Shown piece after piece: positions 13,092-25,200 of a DNA stretch of 64,000 nucleotides. Source of the stretch: Geosiphon pyriformis uo1 (lineage: Eukaryota > Fungi > Glomeromycota); assembly GCA_016748015.1 (NCBI GenBank), contig JAAOMT010000786.1, positions 1 to 64,000 of the forward strand. Direction: 5' to 3'. The notes below the pieces were generated by a model, which did not search any database, was not told the DNA's origin, and was given only the letters and a program-made list of their open reading frames with translations. The stretch's first letter is position 1. The number at the start of each line of letters is the position of its first letter. The translations under genes were made by a program, and so were the position numbers.

Positions 13092-16000
13092 GTGGCAGAA
13101 TCAGAAAACATAGGAGCAAACCATTTAGGATTCACTAAATCCTTGTTTTAACAGTATAGCCAACAATTAGGACTAAACAATAACCACTTTCCAGCAGAAT
13201 TTGTCTTTAACTTCTATGTCAATGATAAAATCACAGACTGTTTAAGAGGAACAGTTAATATTGAATCCGCAAACAAAAATTTCTATACAGAATTATTTCA
13301 ACATACCAGCTTACCAAGAAACTACAGTTTTGCACCAATCATCAGGGAAATCAATCAAACTATTGAAAAATACACACAACAACAATTCCCTATTACTTAT
13401 GTAGACAAAGACAAAAGAAGATTGCAAACATCAACAATAACACCAAAACAAATACAATCACTCACTTGAAAAAAAACCAGAGTTGAATCACCAACAAACC
13501 CATCATACCACTATACACCTGGAAGCACCATTAACATCTCATTAACAGGCATGTCCACATTACATATGACATCAATATTTGGATGACTCCTATTTTAAAG
13601 TAAATAAAAGAAAGCAAAATTATTAGGAACTTATGGCGATTATTTTGAAGGATTTAAATCGCAATCACCAATGCCATTAGAATTTTAATCACCACCACCT
13701 TAACCAAATTTTGGAACCACAAGTTTCTGGGAAATAATGGAATCAGAAAAAAAAAAAAAAAATGCCAAAGATCAAAAATTTACTTACCAAAACCCAATTC
13801 CAGAAAACCCAAATATCAAAACCTCAAACTTTCAGACTCAGCATGATCTAAATTTAGAAAATCCAGAAATCAAAGCTCTGAATTTTCAAACTCAACAAAA
13901 TCTGAACAATACAAACCTCAAAACAATTAATCAGCAAAACTTACTTCCCATATTTGTCATCAATCAACCACTAATTGAACTGATTATTGAACTGATTCAA
14001 CAGCAGCCACTTCAACCATTCTAACAACCACAACAGCCACTTTAACAGCCATAACAACAACTTTAACAACCAAACTTGGATCTAATGGTCTACACTCCAA
14101 TAGCAAAACTTAAGAAATTTACCAGCAAAGAAGATAACACCCAAATATGGCTCAATGATATTGAAAAGGCCATCATAGCCAATAGATGGAATGACATGAG
14201 AGCATTCCAAGCCATCCTCTATTTCTTATAGAATACTGCCAACTCGTGATATTAAAGTTTAGTTGCCAAATTTCAAACATTCCAAGAATTTAAAGTTGCA
14301 TTTCTGGGATATTTCAATAATAATAACAGTATTAATTGCCTAACCAACACTTTCACCACAATTAAACAAAAAAAAACTGAAGTAGTTACTACTTATTTGG
14401 AACATTTCCACAGGAATTTACACCAAATTCAAGCAATTCAAGCTGACTATTTTACAAAGCCTCAGATTTTAAACCAATTCATTTATAGACTGCACAGTAG
14501 TATTCTTTAATATATACGTCTAATGCATCCAACAGATTTTCAAGCCGCTATTACAAATGCCAGAGATTTTGAGACAGCTGAACTTAAAGCTAACCACACC
14601 CAAGCTGTCAATCTAGTGATGAACAGATCATCTGAATTGGATTCTAAGTTGAAACAATTCAGTGATTCCATCAACCAAAAATTAGAAGAATACTTAGTTA
14701 ACAATTAGACAATCTATTAACCTCCACAATAACACAATAATCAAGAAAATGTGAATTGTTTCTAGAATCAGTTATGTCTATTATTCTCGACCAATCAATA
14801 ATGGCAGCAGAAGATGTGTGTTTGTCACTACTGTGGTAAACAAGGGCATTTAAGGAATGACTGTAGGTTAAGAATAGATAACCAATGATTGGAAAATCAA
14901 TATCAAAACCCTGATTACCAGGTTCCAATCCTGAATTACCAACTCAACCCAGCACCATATTAACCAACTTACTTGTCAATGATACAACAGTCAATATATC
15001 AACCACCCATATATCAACCTCCAGTTTATCAACTGCAACCACCAGTAATATATTAACCAACACAGCCACAAATAATTTATCAGACATTTGCAGTTCAAAC
15101 ACTGCCATCAAACTCAGCTCAAATAACATTAAGAAATCCCAGATCAAGAGTCACCCAAAACTGGAGATCAGTGATGGTTGTTCACCAACTGATTCCCAAT
15201 TTATCCAACCAGCCATCAGGATTACAACAGTGGAGTTCAAAAACTGGGTATACTCAAAACCTGAGTTCCTAGAACTATTTAAGTTACCTGGTTATCCCAG
15301 AAGACACCCAACCCAATAAGCTGGAAACCAACCAACAACCAATACTTACCAGCTAACATTGTTCTGATCCTCAATCCAGATGCTTTCCTGGATCTGGAAG
15401 CAGACCCAAAAGAATTTCATAAACACTACCAAAATTTGGCACCAACAAGAGAAAAACAAAAGCAGCATTTGGCCCAAATCAACACTTGGCTATGTAACCA
15501 CTGTTTGATCCCATATGACTTTCAATATTGTAATGAGTGTGACCTCATTTACAATCCACCACCATGCATGATCTACACAATTTCAGAAGAGGAAGAACCA
15601 ATTAATAGCTGTGCATCAGAAACAGAATCAACTTTCAATCTCAATTTAAACTCTGACAATGATGATGACAAAAACAATGGTTCTAGCTCTACTCAATGTG
15701 GCAATGAAAAATATAGTGATTCAAACTCTGATTCAAATCCCAAAACATACATCGCACTCCTTAATCTCACTAAGGAACAAGAACTTAAATGGTTTAGCAA
15801 TAATAATGAAGATATTATGCCAGAATGTGTGCATGATACTGATACAGGGTTTGATTTGAGATATCCAGAAAAAAATTCCATCAAATTGGAACCTTATTTG
15901 CACATCTGCATTGATTTCAAAATAGCATTGGAAATTCTAGCAACAACAATGGTTCAGTTAGCATCTAGAAATAGCTTAGCCAAAAAAAGAATCAACATCA

Positions 16001-17937
16001 GAGGAGGAATAATTGATGTAGAATACATAAGAAATATTATTGCAATGCTACAAAATGACTCAGAAAAGACATATATCATAGATCCAAACAAAAAAATAGC
16101 ACAGGCAATATTTCTGCTTTTGGTTAAAATAGTTCAATTAGTATTAGTAGGAAACAGAGAAGAATTAGGAATTACAACTAGAGGGATACAGGAATTTAGA
16201 TCCACAGATAGAATAGATATACTGGTTAATATGGCAGAAGAAGAAATTATTGACAAGAGAGAAATTATCTTTACCTGTTAACCAATTTCTATTTTACCAT
16301 ATGACCAGTACATAGTAGTCATAGAAAGAAAAATAAAAGATCAGATACAGATTTTTGAAGCAGAAGCAACATTTTGTGAATTAGGAAAGATCAGATTAGT
16401 CAATCTATATATACTAGCAAAAAATCACAGCCACATCAAAATCCCCATTTACAATAATACGGAAGACATTATCAAGATACCAGAAAGAACTACCATTGAA
16501 TACTTGACCACAGAAATTGAAAACCAACTTTCAGACACTATTCCAGACTTTCTACAACTGTGTGGATATGTAGATATCACATCTCAAATCATATACGATG
16601 TTACTGGAGGTTTTTGGTCTCTTCTTAGCTTTTGTATGTTTGTTGTAATGCTGTTAATTCACAACTATGGAAAGTGTTTGAACCTCCAATAACTGAATTT
16701 TATCCTTTTAAATTATCTCCTATAATTCGAATTGCTGGACTTATAGTAGAATGGCCAATTCTATGCCAGTTACTTTGTATAGTTACATTGTAGTAAACGT
16801 CAACTTTTTCCCAAAAATTGCTCATCTGAAAACTTACTAAAAATTGTGTAGTTACTTTGCTGTAAAAGTCAACTCTTCTACAGAAATCTCGTCTGTAGAC
16901 TACTTTAATGATTGTAATAAGAAAAAAAAAGAAAAATAAAAGAAATGCAAAAGAAATAGAATTTTATCAAGAGAAACGTTTTTCTATTCAGGCCTAGAGT
17001 CACTAACAGTTTACTGAAATTGGTAGCTAATCAATTTCAAAACATTAGTTGGGTTTTGGGGATTTTCCAAGTGCAATAATTAAAGAATTTGGTTTTTCAA
17101 ATTATTTGATATTTATTTCTTTTTTTTTTTGTGTGTAGAAATGGTTCTAAGTGATAAATCTAAAGTAAGATATATTTTCTTGAAAAGAAAAGCTCTTCTT
17201 TTATACAACTTGTCATAACACTATTCTATGAACTTGAACTTTGCTCTTTTCTACAATTTCGCTGAACTAAAGATACATTTCGGTGAACTACAAGTTATTT
17301 TTGCAAACTATTAGATATTTTGGTAAACTATCAATTATTTCTACAAATTTTTACAAATTTCGGCAAACTTTTTGAATGTTATATAGTTCGGGGTATTGCA
17401 TAATTGATCATCACAATTAGGTTATATTTGTGTTATGTACAAATTGGGTTATTAATTAAATGATGATTTCGGATATTTTGCTAATGTAATAAGTGATAAT
17501 TTAAAATGCTAATTAATGATAAAAATTATAAGGGTAATTTCATGCTAAGCAATATCTCTAATTTTGTTTGGTAACAATGGATGAGAAGAATATTATCTGC
17601 TTCAACCAGAACAATTGGAACAGATGAACTTGGGAAATCTAGATCTATTACAATGTATGCAACTCAAGATGTTACTTAACAACTTCAATAATATCTTTAA
17701 AAATGAGAATAAATTTGGCAGAACTGACATCATCCAACACCAAATCAAGACTAAAAATGCAATGCAATTAAACAGAAAGCATACAGAATACCACCAGCTA
17801 GCCATAAGATAATTTGTCAAGAAATCAATCGGATGTTTGACAATGGGCTAATTCAGCCATTAATGAGCCCATGGTTATTACCAGTGATACTAGTCTGTAA
17901 GAAGAATGAGAAAATCCACTTTTGTGTGGATTACTGG
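13092..17937 (+). pseudogene. Element A gag-pol 5' part (Gag, CCHC knuckle, protease deleted, dUTPase, start of RT); interrupted by a solo LTR
   Basis: Retrotransposon gag-like segment, CHYCGKQGHLRNDC, dUTPase motifs DTGFDL/ASRNS/GGIID.EY/IAQAI/RGIQEFRST, FGRTDIIQHQI. Confidence 0.85.
16599..17576 (-). mobile_element. Solo LTR of an unrelated family inserted in element A
   Basis: TGTTAC...GTAACA ends; TSD ACGA/ATGG (ancestral ACGG). The host frame QIIY/G.EEYYLLQPE rejoins across it. TATAAAA and AATAAA lie on the minus strand. Confidence 0.75.
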
Positions 17938-18693
17938 TGTTATTCATAAAAAAGAAAACAGATATAGAAAAATAGTAAACCAATAAAAGAGTAGTAGTTA
18001 GCATATGAGCACATTGCTTGAGAAATTATAGCACATTGCTCAAAAATGTGAACAATCTCATAGAACCCAAATTATGTATATATAATGGTAGCATTAGAAG
18101 TAAAAAAGACAGACCTTTTAGTTTAGATTTTATTTAAGCCATCTTCTAATCCACAAATATCAATAAATAATTATTTTTTATCTCTAATCCACTCTCTACT
18201 ATCAACACTTCATGTTAATAGTTATTAACACTTAACTACTCTAGAACAATAGCTCTTGATCATGGCTATTAATAGAATACTAACTTGTATATTGCCTTGG
18301 CTCATTTCTTTATTTTTTTTTATTTTTTATTTTTTTTAATTTTATTGTTGCATACTAATTAATTAAGGATTAAAGTGCTGAGTTATTGATGTTATGGATA
18401 GCTTGGTAAAAGACCCAGAAATAAAGGTAGAATCATATATATATTAACGGATAGCTTACCAAAAGAGCATGACTGTTAAAATAAACTGGCCACCATATTA
18501 AAGACAGAAATTGGAAAAACAACTCACCAACCAACTATATTGTCATTGAATTTCTGTCCATTATACAAAAAACTCAATTCTAAAAACCTTTAAATACACC
18601 CTACATATCAGTATTACCAGCATTATTAAGATATTGAGCACTAAGTTATGAATTTGTTATTTGATTTGAGACTCCAAATAATCATTTGTAACA
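17938..18693 (+). repeat. 5' LTR of element B
   Basis: TGTTATTC...TGTAACA followed by the PBS TGGTGCTCCCTGTGAG. Confidence 0.9.
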
Positions 18694-18755
18694 TTTGGTG
18701 CTCCCTGTGAGATATAATTTTACAAAGAATCAACACCAACAACAATCATCCAAAA

Positions 18756-21494
18756 GTGGCAGAATTAGAAAACATAGAAGCAAACTATTTAGGATTCACT
18801 AAATCCTTGTTTTAACAGTACAGTCAACAATTAGAATTAAACAATAACCACTTTCCAGCAGAATTTGTCTTTAACTTCTATGTCAATAATAAAATTACAG
18901 ACTGTTTAAGAGGAACAGTTAATATTGAATCCGCAAAAAAAAATTTCTATACAGAATTATTTCAACATACCAGCTTACCAAGAAACTACAGTTTTGCACC
19001 AATCATCAGGAAAATCAATCAAATTATTGAAAGATACACACAACAACAATTCCCCATCACCTATGCAAACAAAGGCAAAGGAAGATTGCAAACACCAGTA
19101 GTAATATCAAAACAAATACAACCACCTACTTAAAAGAAAACCAGAGTTAAATCACCAACCAATTCATTATACTATTACACACCAGGAAGCACCATTAACA
19201 TCTCATCAACAGGTGTGTCCACATCACACATGACATCAACATTTGGCCAATTCCCATTTCAAAGTAAACAAAAGAAAACAGAGTTACTAGGAACTTACAG
19301 CAACTATTTTGAGGGATTTAAATCACAATCTCCAATGCCATCAGAATTTCAATTACTGCCATCTTAACCAGATTTTGGAAACGTGAGTCCTTGGGAAATA
19401 ACGGAATCAGAAAAAGAGGAAGAAAAAAAGCTGAAGATCAAAAATTTACTTACCAAAACACAATCTTAAAAAATCTAAAAGTTGAAACTCTGAACATTAA
19501 AACCCAGCAAACTCCGAATAATCTAAATCCTGAGTTAATTAATCAGAGAAACTTACCTTTAGTAATTGTTATTAACCAGCCACCAATTGGACTGATACTT
19601 GAACCAATCCCACAGCTGCCCCTTCAGCAACCTATTCAACCACTGCTTCAACAACTCCAACAGCTGCTTTAACAGCCACAACAACAACTGCAACCACCAC
19701 AACAACAACAATTGAACTTAGATCCAATGGCCTACATTCCAATAGCAAAACTAGAGAAGTTTATCAGTGAAGAAGATGATGCCCAAATATGGCTCAACAA
19801 TGTTGAAAAGACCATTATGACCAATGGATGGAATGATGCAAAAGCCCTCCAAGCCATCACTTATTTTCTCCAGGACACTACTGACTCATGGTATCAAAGC
19901 CTAGCCAACAAACCCCAGGATTTTAATACATTCAAGCTTGCATTTCTACAATATTTTAGTAATAATAATAGCATTAACCAATTGGCAAACACTTTCACCA
20001 CCATTAAGCAAAGAGAAACCAAAGCAGTCACTACTTACTTAGAATGCTTTTATAAGAATTTATGCTAAATTCAAGCCATCAACACCAATTATTTCACAGT
20101 GATCCAGATCCTAAATCAGTTTATTCGCAGATTATGCAGTAGCATCCTACAATGCATATATCTAATGTATTTCATTGATTTGCAAGCAGCCATCACAAAT
20201 GCCAGAGATTTTGAAGTTGCTGAATTAGAAGCCAACTACACCCAAGCAGTAAATCTAGTAATAAATGAATCATTTGACTTGGATTCCAAATTGAAGCAAT
20301 TCAGTAACTCAATAAATCAGAAATTAGAGGGATATTTAGTTGACAATCACATAATCTATCAACTTCCACAATGATGCAATAATTAAGGAAATGCAAATCA
20401 TTTCCAAAATCAATTGCATCCATTATCATCAACCAATCAACAGTAGTAACAAGAAACATGTGTTTGCCACTATTGTGGTAAACAAGGACACCTACAAATT
20501 AACTGCCATCATCATTTAAATAACCAACAATCAGGAAATCAGTATTGAAATCCCAATTGCCAGTTTTAAATTCCAAATAACCCACCAAACCCAGAGCCAT
20601 ATTATCAGAATTACCTATCTATGACGCAGCAGCCACTTTATCACCAGTATATTAAGTGCCAATTCATTAACTGATGACACCAGCAATTTATCAGCCACAG
20701 TCATAACTCATTTATCAGCCGCAGTCTTAGGTAATCTATCAGTCCCAACAAATTCAAATACTGCCACAGAACTTACCTCAAAACAGAATCCAAAGGCTGA
20801 GATTAACCCAACCAAGCTGAAGATTGTTGATGGTAGTTTACCAACTGATTCTCAGTTCTTCCACACAACCAGTAGGATTTTGACAATGGAATTCAAGCAC
20901 CAGATATGTCCAAAACCCAAATTCTCAGAACTATTTAAGTCTCCTGGTTACCCCAGAAGATGCCCAATCTAATAATCTGGAAACCAACCAACAAACAACA
21001 CTTACTAGCAATATTCTCCCAGCTACTATCACTGAGAATGAATTATTGAATGCCATCTTCCCATTTAAATTCGAAAAACTGTCAACCACACCATTATTTA
21101 GTGGAACCACTCTAGAAGAAAAACCTATTATTGCCATGTACACTGATGCCAAAGTTGATGGCCATTCCATCAAACTAATTTTAGACAGTGGATTAGCTGA
21201 CAGCATCATCATAAGACAACTCATGAACCAATTAGGTTGCCGAATTGACTGTGCTGCCAGTGCTAGAATCATAACCACTGATGGAACAACCAAAACTCCT
21301 ATTGGTAAGATTGATGACTTCTTTATCAAAGTCAACAGTATCATTGTCTCAATCAAAGTACTGGTTATGGAAGCCATCCAATACCAAGCACTCATTGGTA
21401 ATAATTGGCTATCTAAAACCAATGCATTGCTTGATTGAAATATGCAGGAGCTTCAAATTAACCAGAATGGCCAACACACATGTGTACCAGCCAC
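18756..21494 (+). pseudogene. Element B gag-protease part
   Basis: Gag (LDPMAYIPIAKLEKF...), CHYCGKQGHLQINC, aspartic protease LILDSG and ALIGNNWL. Confidence 0.85.
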
Positions 21495-22163
21495 TGTTAC
21501 AGTTTAAGAATTTAGCAAAAAGAATCATAAAAATAATACAAACTATTCAATCATAATATAGCACAGTAATAATTTTAGAAAGGTAATGATTAACATAGTA
21601 GCAAACACCATCTCGCGATAGTGGCAAGCACCAGTTCACAATAGCAGCCAACACCAACTGGTGATAGCAGCAAGCACCAGGTTGAAATATCAAAAAGAAA
21701 GTATTTTCTCATAGAACTACAAACATGTATAAATACAGTAGTTTTAATATTGGGAAAGAATCAATCAAGTAATAAAAATCATAACTTATCAAGCAATAGA
21801 TCCAATTTTATCCAACAAACTCCACTTTAAATCATACTTTCAAATTAAATATCCCAAGAAACCTTTAAAAATCAAAAAGNNNNNNNNNNNNNNNNNNNNN
21901 NNNNNNNNNNNNNNNNNNNNNNNNNNNNNNNNNNNNNNNNNNNNNNNNNNNNNNNNNNNNNNNNNNNNNNNNNNNNNNNNNNNNNNNNNNNNNNNNNNNN
22001 NNNNNNNNNNNNNNNNNNNNNNNNNNNNNNNNNNNNNNNNNNNNNNNNNNNNNNNNNNNNNNNNNNNTATCACACAAATAGAATTGAGGAACTCACGAAA
22101 GACTGATTGCAATTAAAGCAGGATATCAGCAATTAAATATAACAAGAAAACCATCCCATAACA
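21495..22163 (+). repeat. 5' LTR of element C (contains assembly gap 21880-22067)
   Basis: Matches 29522-30378 on both sides of the gap. Confidence 0.9.
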
Positions 22164-22245
22164 TTTGGTGAACCCTATGAGGAAAGAAAATCAAAAAAGA
22201 AATAATAATTAGCAATAATTCATTGCTAAAAAGGAAAAGACAAAA

Positions 22246-25200
22246 GTGGCGACAAAAACCCCTAATCTTACTGTTCTTGAATTCTGCCATGCTATTTACA
22301 CACAAAATCAAAGTGATCTTGGATTACCAGAAGGGTGTTGTCCAGCAGAATCTGCCCTCACTTATTATATCAACGCCAGAATAAATTATTATATAGGAAA
22401 GGAAGAAGAACCACACGATGCAAAACTTGGATTGTATAGAGAATTATCACAATACACTACAAAAGAAGTAGCAGTAATAGCCGCAACTATTGTCAAAATC
22501 CATCGAGAAATTGAGCAATATGCCAACGAAAATCTTCCAATATCCACAGGAAACACTAGGGAACGTGCCAACAAAACCAAAGAAAATTTAGAAACTAATC
22601 AGGAAAGTAACCAGCAAAAACTAGAAACACCAGCTCAAACGCCAAAAAAAACTGTCACTCAATCAATAAAGAAACAACGTATTTATTCACCAGAAGATAA
22701 ATCATACCATTTTTTCACCAGAAAATAAGATACAAATTCCATTAGGAGCTGCATCATCATCAACATCAACTCCACAAACGCCAAAAACTCCTAGTTATAT
22801 TGATAAAATTAAACAACGTAACTGAGGAGACATACCAATTACAGGAGGATATTCATCACTATTCCAAAACTCTCTTTTTCAGCCAAAATTTAGAACGGGG
22901 TTTGAAAACAGTGAAGAGGAGTCTGAATCAGAATCCGAAAAAGAGACCAGCGAAAAAACAATCACAAGACCAGTCACTGGAACAAGCAGCCAGTCCAGAA
23001 ACCAAGAAACTCGTGATCAAGAGAAAGAACCGAATATAAGGGAAGCCACCTTTAGGAATGCTCAAGGAAATATCATCCCATCTCCTCTTAGATCAATAAA
23101 CCCACCAGCAGAAAACGGCAACGAAATGACCACACCATACATTGCAAGACTAACAGATTTCTCAGGAGAGAAAAAAGAAACAGACATGCACATATGGCTC
23201 AGAGAAGCACAAAAAGCCATCTAGGCAAATAACTGGAATGACCAAAGAGCAATTCAAACATTACCTTTCTTCCTGAAAGGCACAGCCAACTCGTGGTATC
23301 AAAGCCTGGAAACAAAACCCACAAGCTTCGCCAAATTTAAAAATGCACTCCTGGAGTATTTTAGCGACCCAAACGCCGTAATCCAACTACAGAACGAATT
23401 CAATACTATTAAGCAAAATACCAGTGAAACTGTCACCCAATACTTTGCTCGATTCAATCGAATTCGCCGTCAGATTGAAGCGATTGAACAAGGATACTAC
23501 ATTGATTCTCAGGTTTTAAATCAGTTTATTAGAGGATTAAAAAGCAGCATTTTAGNNNNNNNNNNNNNNNNNNNNAAATAACTGGAATGACCAAAGAGCA
23601 ATTCAAACATTACCTTTCTTCCTGAAAGGCACAGCCAACTCGTGGTATCAAAGCCTGGAAACAAAACCCACAAGCTTCGCCAAATTTAAAAATGCACTCC
23701 TGGAGTATTTTAGCGACCCAAACGCCGTAATCCAACTACAGAACGAATTCAATACTATTAAGCAAAATACCAGTGAAACTGTCACCCAATACTTTGCTCG
23801 ATTCAATGAATTCGCCGTCAGATTGAAGCGATTGAACAAGGATACTACATTGATTCTCAGGTTTTAAATCAGTTTATTAGAGGATTAAAAAGCAGCATTT
23901 TAGGAAAAGTATGCCCTGCCCACCCTAATTCCTTACCAGAAGCCATTACGCTCACCAGAGCCCTTGAATCGGCTGAGAAAGAAGCTAACCATAGTCAAAT
24001 GGTTAACATGGTAATGGAGGAAAATAAGACAGAAACATTAGAGAAAAGAGTAACGCGATTAGGGGAGGAACTTTCTAAGAAAATAGAAAGTTACCTCATC
24101 CCGGATCTGAGAAAAAATACATACCAACCACCCCAAAGACGCAGCCAGGAAGTCAGCGACAGTCGAAATAATCACCCGTCGTGCCAGGAATTCAGAACAG
24201 AAACACGCGCCTGCCATTTTTGCAAACGCGTAGGACATTTGATTAGTCAATGTCGAATGCGAATGATGCAGGAAGCACGCGAAAATAATTACTACACACC
24301 ACCCCAAATGCCCAGAAACCAGTACATGCCAATACCACGCCAATATCCCACCACGTATCAAAATCAAGGAGCTTACCAGCAACAGCCCATGATAGCCAAC
24401 CCGAATTGGTGTCCTGAGGCCCAAAATCAGCCCATATAGAACCAGAATGCGTTGGTCCAGAGGAATCCAAACCGTGCCAGAACCAATCAGCAAACCAATC
24501 CAAACTACCAAAATTATCAACAAACTTACCTTAATATACCGGAAAACCTGATCATCGGAAACAATGACGGTAGAAACATAAACAAAACCAAGAATTCCTC
24601 CAAATTGAGCCAGACAATACCACCAGCAGTTGCCACCGAAGATAGCAGCCTCGCAGCTATTTTTCCTTTTGAATTAGAGGAAAACGAGGCTATGTTCAGT
24701 GGAGCAGCATTGGACGAAAAATGCCCAATCACTGCTATGTATATGGAAGCCACTGTAAACAATACCCCAATCAAACTTATCTTAGACAGCAGATCCGCTG
24801 GAAGCATCGTAATGCTTCAACTAGTAAACCAACTGGGTTTCAAAGTTGATCGTGCCGCGACATCCCAAATCATAACAGCCGATGGAAGTACAAAGCTGCC
24901 TTATGGTGAAATCGACTCATTCTCTTTCGAAATTAACGGCATAGTAATACCTACAAAAGTATTAGTAATGGACGCTACACAATATCAAGCGTTAGTAGGG
25001 AATGACTGGCTAACAAAAGCCAACACCACCCTAGACTGGACCACCCAAGAGCTTCTGATCAATTATAATGGCCACCAGGCCAAAATTCCAGCCACCTGTG
25101 GCCACTTCCAAAAACCCAGCGCCAACCAAAGACCTACCTTCGAATTTGAGAAAAATCCAGCACTACCAGTCATCGAAACCTATCAGCTCTCTTGGGCTGA

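Noticed and set aside
23576-23903. Tandem duplication of the capsid region
   Set aside because: Near-identical copy flanking a 20-N gap, typical of an unmerged contig overlap.
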